DNA from: Octopus sinensis | Taxonomy: Eukaryota | Direction: 5' to 3' | DNA: 64,000 nucleotides | Assembly: GCF_006345805.1 (NCBI RefSeq) | Contig: NC_043023.1 | Span: 2,790,001-2,854,000, forward strand | Shown: positions 63,014-64,000 of the stretch, in pieces | How positions within the stretch are numbered: the stretch's first letter is position 1 | Layout: every line of letters starts with the position of its first letter | Notes under the pieces: generated by a model | Databases searched by the model: none | Seen by the model: only the letters and a program-made list of their open reading frames with translations | What the model was told of the DNA's origin: nothing | Translations under genes and position numbers: made by a program

Positions 63014-63568
63014 TATATATATATATTCACACACATACCATATGTCAATATATATAGGGAGAATTCACAATAGATGAAGACAGGTGGTATAGACAAAAAA
63101 CAGATATTAGTTTAATGCTCAGGAACTGGATAAGTGTTTAACGTTTCGAACCTAAGCTCTTCCACAGAAAGGAACACAGAAAGAAACAAGGAGAAAAAAT
63201 AAAGAATCTGTAGTGGCTAGCGTGTATATATACATACATATATATGTCTATATGTACATACACACACACATATATATATATATATATACACACACACATA
63301 CGCATATTCTGTGTGCCTATATATGTATATATGTATATATATATGTGTGTGTGTGTATACACACACACAGTGTATGTGTATAATAAATATATACACATTA
63401 TCTATCTATATATATAATTGAAATTTACAGAAAAACAAAAGACAAAGATAGCTGTATAAACACAGACAGGTGTATTAATTTAATACTCAGAGAGATAAGA
63501 AAATCTTTTAAGTTTCGAGCCTACGCTCTTCAACAGACCTAATGTGTTTGTGTATATATATATAAATA

Positions 63569-63607
<39 letters not shown>

Positions 63608-63690
63608 TCACATTATCTATCTGTATACATATATATATATATATATATAAGTATGTATGTACATATATATTTATATATATAATGTATGTA

Positions 63691-63927
63691 TTAAAAATGG
63701 GAATGGCCAATTTATGGGATTACCTCATGTTTCCCATCCCTAAACGGTTTAGTTTTATGGCATGTCGTCCACTCTCAAAAACCTGTTTGCTCATGACTTC
63801 TTTTTTTTTTTTTTGGAAAAGTCATGAGCCAACAGGTTTTTGGGATCTGACAGTATGCCATAAATCTAAACCGTTTATGGGTGGGAAACCTTATTTAATC
63901 CCATAAATGGGCCTTCCCAATTTTTAA
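63691..63927. mobile_element. Fold-back MITE-like palindrome
   Basis: The arms are imperfect reverse complements (e.g. CAAAAACCTGTTTGCTCATGACTT / AAGTCATGAGCCAACAGGTTTTTG) around a T-rich loop. Confidence 0.8.
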
Positions 63928-64000
63928 CATATACTTTTCTACATCTTGGAGTGTGCTTCTTCTTTTGGGTTTATGTGTTTATAAACGATATATATATGTG

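Overview
AT-rich, microsatellite-dense eukaryotic DNA that is almost entirely repeat-derived. The SINE families, the RTE LINE and the (TA)n/(TAA)n tracts point to an octopus-like cephalopod (inference). No host protein-coding gene is confidently supported; only weak exon candidates were found. Standout finding: a 504-bp tandem repeat at 42801-44843 carries four complete type I hammerhead ribozymes, two per strand. Their cleavage sites are exactly 504 nt apart, so this is a retrozyme-like locus predicted to release a 504-nt (circular) RNA, arranged as a divergent palindrome anchored in TA tracts. Other main contents: (1) an intact ~5-kb RTE-clade LINE (1039-aa APE+RT ORF with a PHD-like C4HC3 insert, modular repeated 3'UTR) abutted at its 5' end by a 5.4 x 615-bp tandem array; (2) two 144-bp tandem arrays of tRNA-like SINE heads (27 and 10 heads, opposite strands), one enclosed with a SINE body inside a 13-bp TSD; (3) several families of Penelope-type terminal fragments with minimal hammerhead motifs, including a tRNA-headed palindromic element; (4) a full-length decayed Tc1, mariner, Helitron and R4/Dong-like remnants, many SINEs, kilobase (TAA)n tracts, and a duplicated block across a 100-N gap. 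Most coordinates of decayed repeats are approximate (tens of bp).
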